Notes under the pieces: generated by a model
What the model was told of the DNA's origin: nothing
The model's input: only the letters and a program-made list of their open reading frames with translations
Databases searched by the model: none
NCBI RefSeq assembly: GCF_021869535.1
Contig: NW_026262581.1
Span: 17,670,001 to 17,734,000 of the forward strand
Reading direction: 5' to 3'
DNA: 64,000 nucleotides
Source: Mytilus californianus
Taxonomy: Eukaryota
Shown: in pieces, positions 1 through 12,800 of the stretch
Layout of the letters: each line of letters begins with the position of its first letter
Position numbering within the stretch: the first letter of the stretch is position 1
Translations under genes and position numbers: made by a program

Positions 1-1373
1 ACCATAGTAGGCTGTTAATTTAAACTATAAAAAGTTAAAAAAAAGTGTGAAAAAATCAGATGAAATTACTCAGAAAAATTTATTGTGATAAACAGTAAAT
101 GAATCTTTGTTATTTATAGGTATGAATTATATGATTTACACAAAACTTTTCTGTTAATAAGAAAATGAAAAAAATTTGGTTATACTAGAAAATTGTTTTT
201 CTTTCTTCAATTTTGTTCATTATGATGTCATAAATAAATTGTTTAATAGTATGACCTACCATTGGAAGTGTTTCTGTGTTTCGGTTGATATTTTCAACAG
301 ATATAGTGCAAAATATTCATACTTAATGTTACCATAATTTGGTTTTAATATGTTCATGTTTCAAACAAGAGGCCTATAATGTAAGGTATTACCTTTCCAA
401 ATGGATTTTAAAATTTTTTTTTTATTTATTACACCAATAAAAATATAAAAAAGTGGCCTTAGTAATAAGATTCAAAATATTTTGTCCAATTGAGATTTCA
501 AAAATGACATGCATAATCTGAGAAGGAAACTTAATCGATAGGTAGTTAGAAGAAACAGGTTAAGGCAGTAAAGTCTGCTGAAAATTTATATCAACTGTTG
601 GGAAACCAAAAAATTGCAACATTTCAGTCTACTAATTGCAGTTGTTACATGTACCTTGACCTATGACCTAAAAATTAATAGGTTCTTTTCATCCCAAGGC
701 TCATTATCCACCAAAAAAATGTATAAACAACTGATTTATGGCTAAAAAATTAATCTAAAACAAAATTGTTAATGGTACTGTGACCTACACCTTTGAATTA
801 CTGAAATCAATAGGTGGTCTTCCTAATCGCATTGAACATTACCAAGCCAACTTTGGTAAAGATATGCCTTATAGTTATGGTTTAAAATATTTTGTCTGGA
901 ACCTGAAATGTCGCCATCTGGATAGCTGGCTACGGAATTCCTTTTCCGATTCTGCGTCTGCAGCTTTTTCTGATTAGCCGACAACAGAATCCATCAATAG
1001 CCATAAAAAAAATGTGGACAGTATTATCAGACAAACGGCTCAGACTCAAAAGACAAAACAGCCAAAAAGGGATAATTTGTCCTCTTGCAGAACCTGGTTC
1101 GTGTTGAGGCAAGCTATATCTTTTGGGAAAAGAGTCAATCTGTCAATGATTGGTTGATTGATGGTTGCTTAACATCCAGTGGCAAATATTTCATGCATGT
1201 TCAGGACGTCTATCCGTCAATAACAATGTCATGATCATGAAAAAATCATAGGACCCTATTGACTTTGAATGATGACTTTGAATGATAAAAAACTTGACAA
1301 CAAAAAACATATCAAGCAGATGTTTACGTTTCAGTGATATGCTTTAATTTAATCGTTGAAATGTAATTCTTAC

Positions 1374-1415
1374 CAGCCAAACATCATCAGGTAGCTTTTC
1401 CGAGTTTTGTGTCAT
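1374..1415 (-). CDS. Probable first coding exon of a divergently transcribed F-box-like gene (rest outside window)
   Basis: aaaATG ACA CAA AAC TCG GAA AAG CTA CCT GAT GAT GTT TGG CTG|gtaaga = MTQNSEKLPDDVWL; LPxxVW resembles the start of an F-box; strong phase-0 donor; no exon 2 recognised in 1-1373. Confidence 0.45.
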
Positions 1416-1580
1416 TTTCACATGGGCGCAGACATTTTCATTCCATGCGAGATATCGGCACTATACTTTCTAAGTAACGAAAAATCTAGAGCAAGCTGAA
1501 ATACAAAATCTTTGAAACGTTTAATCAAGGGGGTTTTATGACATGACGACGAAACCCTGAACGACAAAGCATCTGCTGCA
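1416..1580. promoter_or_regulatory. Putative bidirectional promoter/5'UTR region between OGFOD2 and the divergent gene
   Basis: 165 bp between two outward-facing ATGs; CpG-containing relative to the AT-rich flanks; inference only. Confidence 0.4.
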
Positions 1581-1694
1581 ATGAAGAGATTTTTCGTCTG
1601 CAGTTGTTTTTACTCTCACAACTTTTTCTTGAAGAAATACCATACTCACGTAGTTTTTGTGTCAGATCAACAGCTTTTGGACAAATATTTAAAA
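1581..1694 (+). CDS. OGFOD2: OGFOD2 exon 1
   Basis: ATG at 1581; MKRFFVCSCFYSHNFFLKKYHTHVVFVSDQQLLDKYLK; GT donor at 1695, phase 0. Confidence 0.9.
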
Positions 1695-4600
1695 GTATAA
1701 TATCTAGTGTAAATCGTTTTCATATTTTTATTTAGTTTTGGTATTGTTTCAATCTGTTTTATTTTAAGTTGATGCGTGAACTAGATTTTTATGATTGATA
1801 TTTGATTTAAGACAAATTAAGTTTATGTCAGTATTGAGTTCCATATTTTGGACTTTTGGGTTTTGTTTATTGATTCCAGGAACAATAAGTTGATAATGCC
1901 TAAGCAATGTTCATATTCTATGTACTAGACAAACACAGCAATTACAAATTAATAGGCCACTTCACGGGGCTAATTTTTTTTACAAAATTGATATGCGTGA
2001 CAAGTTTAAGGTGAATACATAGTTTTGTCTGATCAAGGAGAAAGTCAGAGAAACCTGAAACAAAATTAAGAAGATGGACGAAGTCGAATCGTTATATTTC
2101 TCTCGCCATTCATGAGCTTTAATCGCCGTAATTGTATTTTTTTCGCAAAATGCCAGCGGAAACACTGCTTGCTTGCTACCTGAACCATGAAATCATTTTT
2201 AGTAAAGGAATCACCTTCCTTTGGGTGGAGTCAAATAAAGAAGAGAACCAATCAAAAGTAATGACAGTGCATAAACATTTTGAGACCAGTTTAGAAATAT
2301 GTTTTCAATCTAAATTTAAAATATAATGTAAATTATAAGCTAATTTACAAGCACGTTGTACTTGTGTTTGATTTGTCAATTTCATTTTAATCAAAACAAT
2401 ACAATACCATTGTTACAATTGCATGCTGAGAGGAACATCTCAAAGATTTGGCCAGACCAAGTTTATTTTTACACCTTCTGTAGCATTCTCCCCAAAAAAT
2501 ACACATCAAAATCAAAGATGATAATATCCTTATTATAATATATATACATTGTATAAACATATAAAATAAGGATATGAATTTTTTTTTTCAAAATCGATTA
2601 AATTATAATGATAATGTTTATAGAATTACACATGTTAATAATTAAGTAATAAATGAACAGAGGTAATTGATTGAAATGAAATTGACAAATCAACCTGAAA
2701 ACATACTTTTGAACTAACTTGTAAAACAGGTTTCACAATATTTATATACTGTTCCTACTTTTGATTGGTTCCCTGCTTAACTATTGACTACGCCCAAAAG
2801 AAGGTGGTAGCTTAGCTAATAATAATTTCATGGTTCAGCTAGCAAACAAGCTAGCCAAAGATACCACCTTTACCTATACACTCAAGTCATTGTGCTGTAA
2901 AAAAAATAATATAAGCTGAATGAAATAACTTAACTTAATGTTTTTAAAATATGAATTAGTTTATGATTTTAAATCTAATTATTGTGGTCCATCAATTATT
3001 AACCATGTGTAAAAACATTGCAACAAAAAATAAGATTACTACATTAAAAGGGAAAACAGGAATCTGAACAATAAATAACCTGGTTAAAGGTTTAAAAAAT
3101 TAAAAAACAATTTCTCTCATAATTTGTTTATAAAGAAGCTAAGATACCAACATGTTACTGATGCTGTTCATGCTATTAGGCATTTTATTTGATTTTGAAA
3201 ATCACTTTGAAAAATGTAAACTTAACTTAAAACTGTTAACATAATTTGAAAAAAATACATTGTTGAAAAAAAAATATTAAATTGTAATAAATAAAAGAAC
3301 TTTGTTATTCTAATTTGGTGACCTTCTGACATTGACACACTTTTAGCTCATTTCGTCCACTGAAAAAGAATTTTAGATTCTTAATCTTTCTAAAGAATTG
3401 CAGTAATGTACATGTAACTATATATGCCATAGTGCTATATCAATGGAAGACAAGTCTTCTCATCTTTCTACTGATGATTTCTATCTCTTTGATAAGCATC
3501 TAGTCATATCATTTCATGGCTTCAGCTGTTGGTTCAGAGATATTTGGCTATAGACATCATGGTAGAGTTTAATAATGCATGAAATAGCTGATATGGAAAA
3601 GGACATGTTTTTATACATTATTATGTCAAATTTTGATACAAATTTGAATGTTGTAACAGAAACTTATTTATTTTTTAGACATTAAGAAATAAAGGATGTG
3701 TGACAGAAGATCAGTTCAAGGAGGTTTTGAGTGAGGTATTGTAATCAGTATATATTATAAATAAGGATTGGAATTTTGTAACACAAAGGAAGCTACCTAA
3801 CAAAAAACATAATAAAAAAAACAACATCTACAACATCTACAATATATATACATTCACTGAGCTGACAACATTACATGCTTGTTTGAATTCTTAATTATCA
3901 TTGTTTAATGAAAGGTCATGGAGAGCATTTATTAATTGATCTCTCATCAACAATTTCAAGCTGATAGTCGGTATTCTTTATTGTTTGTTTTTGTAGATTA
4001 AAAAAGAATTGCAAAGAAGGGAAACTCTTGGTCAAGCTTATTTAGAAAGAAGGAAAATTATTCAAGAAAAGTATATACCAAAGCATCCCCAGATATTTAG
4101 GTTAAAGGTATGGTATATATTTGGAATTGCTATTTGAAATTTTTCAACATTCCTGCTTCAGTGACTTCTATATTTTTTAATTGTTGAAATGTGAGTTTTT
4201 GGAAAGGTGTGTTTATAAAGAAGTTTATTTTTATATTTGATATACTGTTGCATAAGCAACTGTGCATTTCATCCAGATGTATGTTGTTCAGGTATTTACT
4301 TTTAATTTGTAAAGTGAGAAATATGTATTCTCCAGAAGGAGTGAACATACTATCATCAAGTAAAGGAAAATTAATGTTGGATGTTGAATGTTTACAAGTT
4401 GTAAATCTTTGAAAATTTATAAAATTGAATATAGGGTATATGCCAATGAAACTGTTACTTAACAATACAGAAAACAAAACGAATAGTTATCTTGGGGTCA
4501 ACATTAGTATGGTCCTCAATATAAAATTGTGTGTCTTACACAATTTGCTAACTCCTAGTTCCAACCAAAAATGGAGAATGAAGAACCTGTTATGTAAATA

Positions 4601-7600
4601 TCAATTTTTTTTATTGTAAAAAACTTCTATAAATAAAGTATAAATGATTTACTGTGTATGTGTAAGCCTACTTTCATTCTGAAGTTGAGAATTTCCTATA
4701 CATAAAATGCTAGTGTATTCCTTCTTCACACTAGTGTTTTTATCTGGTTGGAAATGGAACCCTAGGGAAAATGTCTGGGAATTGTAACACTAGTGTATTT
4801 CTTCAAAGGGAAAGAGTACACTACCAGAAAAGATTCACTGTTACAAATGTTCCATACTACATGTATTAACTATTAACATTATTTTCCAGGAAGAATTTTT
4901 ATCTCCAGATTTTATTAGCATAGTGAAGTTTTGTCAGGATTCCAAAGTTACCTGTTCTGCTGTTATTGAAAAGATCCAGAATGGACCAGGTGAAAAAAAT
5001 ACTATGCAGAACTCATACAGTAATAACTTAAATATTTAATTATTAACTTTTACTTGGCTGATATGTAGTGGTTGAAATGATGAGGACTATGTTGATAGAT
5101 TGATTGATCAATTATAGTTTTTAAAGTCCAGTGGCAAACTTTTCAAGCATATTCAGGAAGACCATACTAATAGACTAGTTCACTATAGTAAAAGGATCAC
5201 ATCACCACTTGGTAGTTAGTCTCTTTCACCTTTACTCAAGATTAATTATCTCTACATATAAATAGAATGTTTACTCAGACCTGGCAAATATTTGTATTGC
5301 TTTCAAGTTTTCAGATATTTAATTTATAATTTCAGCTGAGAAATGCTATACATTACCTGTCTTTACTGAAGAATACTGTAAACTTATGATGGAAGAACTT
5401 GAGCATTTTGAAGATAGTGATTGTCCAAAAGCCAGACCAAACACCATGAATAATTATGGAGTAATTCATAGTTAATATTTTATAATTCAAACAAATTAGT
5501 GATTTATACAGGAAATACTCTTTTTTCTATATATCTATTTTGTCAGCTCCTTTAAAACTATCTGTTTGATGATTTGGTGAAAACATTTTGTAGGGGAGAT
5601 AATCAAAATTAATAACCTCCATTTGGCAGGGGAGATAATTGATCTAACAAAATTATCAAAAAAAACTGTACCGATATTTTCGGGTATCAGTAAATAGGAA
5701 TTGGATGTTTCTATCTGTTTGACAGATCAAAACAAGTTTTACTTAAACTCAATAATTTAAAAGTTAATATGTGTATTTATTTTTTTGAATCATTGGCAAA
5801 AAATAACTACAGACTATAAAGAGCCTGTGTCAGCTGGATCTTTGTGCATTTTCAACAATGGCTTCTCTCCAACATTAAAGACTAGAATATAATTCGTGAC
5901 TAAATATCTCTTTTTAACTCACCTGACCTAAAAAATTGGTAAAAATCGTCATTTAAGGGCAATAACTGCTATAGTGAGTTGACCAACAATTTCAGCATCA
6001 CATACTTATTTGTAGATCTTGCCTTGCTGATCATTTTTGCTATTTTTAGTTCTCTATCATAATTTTCAAGATAAAAGGTAAATATTTTTAAAAATGTTAA
6101 AAATCATCAACAAACAACAGTTTTGGATATAGTTCTAAACATTATGAACATTTATGCCTTGTCAGACTTTCTCTATCTATAGTGGTTTTCAAGACAATAA
6201 TAAAATGATCTATTTTTAGTCATTTCGGCCATGTTGGTAGACAGGATCATCAGACACATTTTTTTAAGCTAGATGATCCAATGATAATTGTGGCCAAGTT
6301 TGGTTCCTATTGGCTCAGTAGTTTCAGAGGAGAAGATTTATGTAAAAATTAAAGGATGATGACCAACAGCAGTCACCAAGTGATGAGAATAATAGAAAAA
6401 CAAAGGATATGGGGTATCCATCCATGACAAAACATCAGAACATGCACAGCAAAAAACACACAAAATAGCTCATTTGACATTTTGGGTCAGGTGAGCGAAA
6501 AATGGGAAATTATTCAGTACAAATTGTTATATACAAAAATCAGACTAACTGCCAAATAAAAGGTCTCATGAATACCAATTCAAATGAGGTTGAATTATTG
6601 ACTTGCAAGCCAGTGATACATCAGTGATGTTTTTAGCTTATTTTGACAAAATTGAACCTGACTTCCAATAATGAAATATTATTTTAATATTCCGCATTAC
6701 GGGTTATAAATATTTTTGGGTCTAAATTGTAGATACTGCCCCTTTAACAAGCAATAATCAGTTGGTCAATTTAAATTAAAAACAACGCCTATAACAATAA
6801 TGGGCTTATAGTCAAATAATAGCCACCTAACAATATATGACTACCTAAAAGGAAAATCTATATGATTTTATAAAGAGGGTCGTAAAGGGGGAGGGGGGGG
6901 TTGTGTGCTTGGACGAATAGGAAATAAAATAGCAATTTCACAATGAAATATCAATAAAAAATTAGCTTGCATATTGTTTTTTTTTTAAACCAGTTTGCAA
7001 AATACAGGGTGAATAATTTGTGTCAAGCAGGAAAACATGTGGAATAAAAATTACAAACATGTTGTAGGATTTAATTGCTTTCATTTACACATCATTTGAT
7101 CATTGTTTGTTACTTGAACCTGAAAATTTAGATTTTATTTAAATCTAGTAAAACATGTTAAAACTTTTTTTTATAGCTACTATTGAATGAAATTGGATTT
7201 GATGAAGAATTTTTGATACCATTACGAGAAAAGTACCTTCAACCAATTACAGCTCATCTGTTTCCTGAATGTGGTGGTGATGAACTTGACTCACACAAAG
7301 CATTTGTTGTCAAGTACAAGATGGGAGAAGACCTTGACCTCAATTTTCACTATGACAATGCTGAAGTCACAATTAATGTAGCTCTAGGCAAGGATTTTAC
7401 TGGTGGTGACCTGTATTTTGGTGACATGAGAAAAGCACACAATGCCCAAACGAAATACAAAGAATATCAACATATTAGATATACAGGGTTATTACATAGA
7501 GGACAGCATATGCATGGGGCTAAACCGATACAATCTGGAGAACGATATAATCTGATTATTTGGATGAGGTCCTCAAAAATACGAAACAAATTATGTCCAA

Positions 7601-7692
7601 TGTGTGACAATGAACCAGAACTTGTTGAAACTGTAGGCTTTGGTGATGGTTTCACCAAACAGGAAGAAGTTATTAATGTATGTGCAATATGA
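1581..7692 (+). CDS. OGFOD2: 2-oxoglutarate/Fe(II)-dependent oxygenase domain-containing protein 2, complete 6-exon gene, 340 aa
   Basis: Exons 1581-1694, 3679-3735, 3997-4107, 4890-4989, 5336-5460, 7177-7692, all GT-AG and phase-compatible. Translation MKRFFVCSCFYSHNFFLKKYHTHV...CPKARPNTMNNYG-LLLNEIGFD...FHYDNAEVTINVALG...HRGQHMHGA...ERYNLIIWMRSSKIRNKLCPMC...GFGDGF matches the OGFOD2 family as I recall it (N-terminal CxC, RPNTMN, HxD...H triad, C-terminal CPMC). Confidence 0.95.
3679..3735 (+). CDS. OGFOD2: OGFOD2 exon 2
   Basis: tttttag|TLRNKGCVTEDQFKEVLSE|gt. Confidence 0.9.
3997..4107 (+). CDS. OGFOD2: OGFOD2 exon 3
   Basis: ttgtag|IKKELQRRETLGQAYLERRKIIQEKYIPKHPQIFRLK|gtatgg. Confidence 0.9.
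4890..4989 (+). CDS. OGFOD2: OGFOD2 exon 4
   Basis: ttccag|EEFLSPDFISIVKFCQDSKVTCSAVIEKIQNGP(A)|gtgaaa, phase 1 end. Confidence 0.88.
5336..5460 (+). CDS. OGFOD2: OGFOD2 exon 5
   Basis: tttcag|(A)EKCYTLPVFTEEYCKLMMEELEHFEDSDCPKARPNTMNNYG|gtaatt. Confidence 0.92.
5810..6502 (+). mobile_element. Degenerate HINE-like element in OGFOD2 intron 5
   Basis: Shares aagggcaataact, cccagtagtttcagaggagaagattt-like and caagtgatg blocks and a terminal gctca..gtgagc hairpin with the 16935 copy. Confidence 0.55.
7177..7692 (+). CDS. OGFOD2: OGFOD2 exon 6 (catalytic 2OG-Fe(II) domain)
   Basis: ttatag|LLLNEIGFDEEF...HYD...HGA...VCAI*; corresponds to ORF 7183..7692. Confidence 0.95.
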   Translation, partial: LLLNEIGFDEEFLIPLREKYLQPITAHLFPECGGDELDSHKAFVVKYKMGEDLDLNFHYDNAEVTINVALGKDFTGGDLYFGDMRKAHNAQTKYKEYQHIRYTGLLHRGQHMHGAKPIQSGERYNLIIWMRSSKIRNKLCPMCDNEPELVETVGFGDGFTKQEEVINVCAI

Positions 7693-8906
7693 CTTTCTTT
7701 GTTAAACATTATTCAACAATTATAGTTGAAATGGTGCTAGGATTGATAATAACATAAATTACATTATCAACAATTGATGTTGTTATTTTGGACCATACAT
7801 TTATTCTAGTGTTTTTATCTGATCAACCTGAAATCTATTTGATTAATTAAAATCTACAATTCTTATTTGGATGGTCCTCCTGAGAGGCCTAGGTCTAACT
7901 TTACTAAACGAAGTCTAATGGCATTTTTTATACGCCCGTTTACGGGACGTATTATGGTATATCGATGTCCATCTGTCAGTCCGTCTGTCCATTTGTCTGT
8001 CCGTCGTCAAGTCGTACAGGAACTCAAAAATGCCAAATTTTATGAAACTTTGGTGAATTGTTGACGTCCCTTTCAAATTTTTTAAATTTCAGATTGTACG
8101 TTCCGAGTTATGGGATTTTATTCATAAAAAATGCTGGACTTTCCACTTTTCTGAATTGTTTATATATATTGACATGAGTTCCCTTTCGATTTTTTTAAAT
8201 TTCTGATTTTATGTTTTGGAAGTATTGGGACTTTATTCATAAAAAGGGGGATTTTCCAGTATTTCGGACAATTACTCAAAAACAGGTTTAGCAGTTATTT
8301 TTATTCTTGGTAACAATTTGAATTAAAAAGTGTGACATTGAAATATAAATGTAAGAATTGTGGAACAGGATAAAAATAAAGCATAGCTGATTGTTCAGCC
8401 ATGAAAAATAAATCATTACCTCTGGTATTTAAGATTTTATATTAAATAAACATTTCGAACTAGATGGAATGTTTCCAAAAAAAAATTTAAGGTCCTTGTG
8501 CAAAGCAAACTTCGATTTTAATATGGAAATCTTTTTCATCATTTTTAGATAAATATTTCACTTTGTACAACTCTGGCTAGGTAAATGACAAGGTGGAGAC
8601 TATCTTCTCCCAATAGTTTTATTTTTCAAGGAGCATAATGAATCACACTTTACCTTTAAATTTTTCTACAAATTATTTACCTTGATCAGTTTGTTATTTA
8701 GAAACTAACACAAAGTAAAAATTTGGGGTGCTTTTGACAGTACAATGTAATATGTTTCAAGTCAGTATTCCTACATGAATTTAAATCTTATGAATTGTAT
8801 GTTATATATTTTTTTAATTGTCTTTGTGATGTTGACCTATTTAAATATTGACCTATTTAAATATTAATATATTTATTATCTGTGATAATTACTTGTTATT
8901 TTGAAT

Positions 8907-8950
8907 AATAAATTGTTTGAATAAAAAATCTTGTTTTATCTCTGTTTTGG
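8907..8950 (+). terminator. Probable OGFOD2 polyadenylation region
   Basis: Two AATAAA hexamers followed by a T/GT-rich tract; other AATAAA occur near 8375-8450. Confidence 0.35.
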
Positions 8951-9063
8951 CACATTTTTAGTCGCAAAATGCAAATCATAGGGATTACAATCCTGTGGTG
9001 ATGATGTGAACTATTTGTATAAAGCTTCATACTTTTGTTACAAAGTTTATGTCATATATAGAT

Positions 9064-9390
9064 ACAAGAAGATGTGGTATGAGTGCCAATGAGACAACTC
9101 TCCATCCAAGTCACAATTTGTAAAAGTAAACCATTATAGGTCAAAGTACGGCCTTCAACACGGAGCCTTGGCTCACACCGCACAGCAAGCTATAAAGGGC
9201 CCCAAAAATGACTAGTGTAAAACCATTCAAACAGGAAAACCAACGGTCTAATCTATATAAAAAACGAGAAACGAGAAACAGTTATGAACCACATCAACAA
9301 GCGACAACCACTGAACATCAGGTTCCTGACTTACGACAGTTGCAAACAAATGCAGCAGGTTTAAACGTTTTAATAGGCGCCAACCTTCAC
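9064..9390 (+). repeat. Dispersed repeat family (aagaagatgtggtatga(g/t)tgccaatgagacaactctcc)
   Basis: Fragments also near 26755, 36510 and, inverted, near 20750, 51950, 57350 and 63500-63800. Confidence 0.7.
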
Positions 9391-9604
9391 CATATGTCCA
9401 TTATCCTTGACCTCAATTTAGTGTTTCTCTCCTCATACTTCTAATAGCATCTTGGTAAACACAGAATTTTGAAATAGCATCTTTTTTCTTCAAATAATAG
9501 CATCACATCCATAACACAATCTATAAGAAAATCAATTAATATAGCATCACATTCAAGCAATATAACATCATATTATGCTAAAAGGTTCTGGGGAGAACAC
9601 TGCC

Positions 9605-12600
9605 TCATTTCATGGTTCAGTGACTGCTTGCACAAATTTTTTTTGTAATGTGAAAAACTCACCTGTTATGAGTAATAGGATAACTATTTGGTAGAATGGA
9701 CCTTTGCAAGGTCCACATGTCTGTCAGACAGGGTTAACCTGACCTCAACCTCATTTCATGGATCAGTGATCACGGTTAAGTTTTGGTGGTCAAGTCCGTA
9801 TCTCAGATACTACCAGCAATAGGTCAACTATATTTGGTGTATGGAGTGATAGTAAGGTGTTCATGTCCGACTGGCAGGTTTCATCTGACCTTGACCTTAT
9901 TTTCAAGGTTAAGTGGTTGATGTTAAGTTTTTGTGATTTTTCTATTTCTCAGATACTATAAGCAATATATTAGATATATTGATTGTAAAGTGTACATATC
10001 TGGCAGATTTCATCTGACCTTGACCTTTTTTAATGGCTCATTGGACAATGTTAAGCTTTTGTGGATTGGTCTATTTTTCAGATACTATAAGTAATAGGCT
10101 ACTATGTTTGGTGTATGCAATGATTGTAAGGTCACTGGTGTATATGTCAATCTGGCAAGTTTCATCTGACCTTGACCTCATTTTCATGGTGCAGTAGTCA
10201 ATGTAAATTTTCATGGTTTTTGTTGGTTTATCAGATAATATAAGCAATAGGTCAACTATATTTGGTGATAGTTGGTGTATGGAAGCATTGAAAGTTGTAC
10301 ATGTCTGGTCCGAGTACACAGTTATTTCGTAGTGCATTTCTTTTAGACAATAAATGAAAATAAAAAAAATCCCACCTGCGCTTTCTCAATAATATTTTTA
10401 CAGTGTGTTGTACTACTTTTGGGACAAATTATATCAAAATTATAGAAAACTTCATCGGCTCTAACTCAAAATATGGACAATTCTATGTTAAGGGGGTCTT
10501 GAAATCTTTTGACAGCTTCCGAAGTGCTAATTTTTAACCTTTTTCAGCTGGACCAAATCACTACTTTACTTTACAATTCATGACCCAAATTTTTTTACAG
10601 TGTAATTTCATCCCCCTACTTGCTATTTGAGGCATAAAACATGAAGGAATACATTTGGAAGGGGTACTAAAAAAATTGGCAAGCAACACACTGTCCACAC
10701 TAGGGACTTTATTCGTGGACAACGAAAATCAAAGGACGATAACTGTGTACTCGGACCTAATAGGATAGAAAAATTTGACCAATCTTAATAAAACTTGGTA
10801 TGACTAAAGCTTAATAAATTATGAGACTGCTGACAAAGTTTCATGGCAATAGGATATATATTATAGACAATATGATAAATTCTATATTCAACTTCGCGTG
10901 TTAAATTTTGACGTTTAAATTGAAAAATTTCAACTATCAACATTTGGGGCTTTAAAAATTAAAATATTGCAAAAAATTACATTTTAAAGGCCTTAATATA
11001 TGACATATTATGTATTTAAAGCAATAGAATACTCATTTGATTTATCAGACTTATCACAATTATTTAAAAGTCAAATTTATATGAGCCTGTGCCAAAAAAT
11101 GGAGGTTTTCCAATGAAGGGGGGCCTTACATGAAGATGTATTATTTTCCAGCAGTTTTAAATTTGTGGAGTTTTTTGGTTATAAATAATCCTTACATATG
11201 TATTAAATGTACTTTAAATGGAAAGAAAAATTACAAATAGCATACCATATTAGTATAAAAGGGTCTTAAGCCAAGTAAGACTGAAAATAATTTAGGGTCA
11301 ATTTAGGCCGTAGCACATATTTACATTTAAAAATGCATACTGAAGCTATAGGAAATAAAAATTTGTGTCTTTTTTATAATTTCTATACTCAGGTTACATG
11401 ATACAATAAATCTGAGCATAAAAGGACTCTTGCATTCAACTTTTTTTGCAGACAGTATGGTCTGATACAAAGATTTTTCACTTTTTAGTGAAAAACTTAC
11501 ATGCAATTTTTGCCTCAGCAGGCTTATATTTGAACCACTTGCTATTTAACATAAGAAAAGAAAGATACTATGTGAAATGAAACAGGTACAAAAGACATTG
11601 TGAAGTGCTTATAATACAAATTTAGCGAAATCTTTATTATGGACTTCAACTTTTATGTACCTAGGTCCTCACATTTAACTTGATCCAAACAGGCCGTTAC
11701 ACGAGGGTCATTTATACAACACATTTTGCACATATTGTCTGAGATAATCTTATTTTCTGTAGATTCAGAGTTCACAAATGAGTAATACAACTGGGTTAAA
11801 GCATAGAAACACAAATATTGACACAGGAAAACCTGTCACATAGAAAGTCAGAATGCCACTTATGCATCAAAATTGAAAAAGCTTTGAAATGCTTATTTTG
11901 ACCATATAATGCCAAAATGGGTAATTTTTGCAGAATTTCTATCAAATAAAAGTTTAAATCCTTTAGTTGCATGCTATCTGACAAATTGACACCATTAAAT
12001 CATTCAGGGAAGTTGCCAAAGTACAGATTCTATATTTACTGATTTCGCCTCTTAGGTCCGAGTACACAGTTATTTCGTAGTGCATTTCTTTTAGACAATA
12101 AATGAAAATAAAAAAAATCCCACCTGCGCTTTCTCAATAATATTTTTACAGTGTGTTGTACTACTTTTGGGACAAATTATATCAAAATTATAGAAAACTT
12201 CATCGGCTCTAACTCAAAATATGGACTATGTTAAGGGGGTCTTGAAATCTTTTGACAGCTTCCGAAGTGCTAATTTTTAACCTTTTTCAGCTGGACCAAA
12301 TCACTACTTTACTTTACAATTCATGACCCAAATTTTTTTACAGTGTAATTTCATCCCCCTACTTGCTATTTGAGGCATAAAACATGAAGGAATACATTTG
12401 GAAGGGGTACTAAAAAAATTGGCAAGCAACACACTGTCCACACTAGGGACTTTATTCGTGGACAACGAAAATCAAAGGACGATAACTGTGTACTCGGACC
12501 GTCTGTCTGGCAGGGTTTATCTGAACTTGGGCTCATTTTCATAGTTCAATGAATTGGATAATGTTCAGTATGAGTAATTAGGTCTGTTTCTTAGATACTA

Positions 12601-12800
12601 TTTAGATGTTTGGAATGACTGTAAGCTGTACATGTCTGTCTGGCAGGGTTCATCTGACTATGAGCTCATTTAAAAGGATCATTGATGATAGTCCCAGGTT
12701 TATGTAATATTTGTAGTTTAGCGTTCATGTTACATACTTTCAACATAAGTTCAATCATAAGTAAAGCGGGTGAGACATTTCAGTGTGTGCACTCTTTGTT
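9605..12800 (-). mobile_element. Helentron/HINE-like non-autonomous element with ~140-bp internal tandem repeats, interrupted by the composite MITE
   Basis: Repeated unit catctgaccttgacctc...gtacatgtc; terminus at 12770-12800 is the reverse complement of the start of the 21788 element; left boundary approximate. Confidence 0.65.
10307..12500. mobile_element. Composite element: two direct copies of a ~450-bp TIR MITE around 1297 bp, 4-bp GTCT duplication outside
   Basis: 10307-10757 and 12055-12500 are identical by eye except for a 5-bp indel; each has the 19-bp TIR GGTCCGAGTACACAGTTAT; outer flanks acatGTCT| and |GTCTgtctggcag; both inner flanks are TA. Confidence 0.8.

Noticed and set aside
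4130-4619. Overlapping 64-115-aa ORFs in OGFOD2 intron 3
   Set aside because: AT-rich low-complexity translations with no motifs.
4700-4850. Repeated acactagtgt palindromes/hairpin in OGFOD2 intron 3, and TGATGA...CTGA near 3470-3590, as possible snoRNAs
   Set aside because: No convincing terminal stem, H/ACA boxes or recognisable rRNA guide; needs an Infernal/snoscan search.
10307-12500. LTR retrotransposon/TRIM interpretation of the direct repeats
   Set aside because: No TG..CA termini, primer-binding site, polypurine tract or gag/pol remnants; each repeat has its own TIRs.
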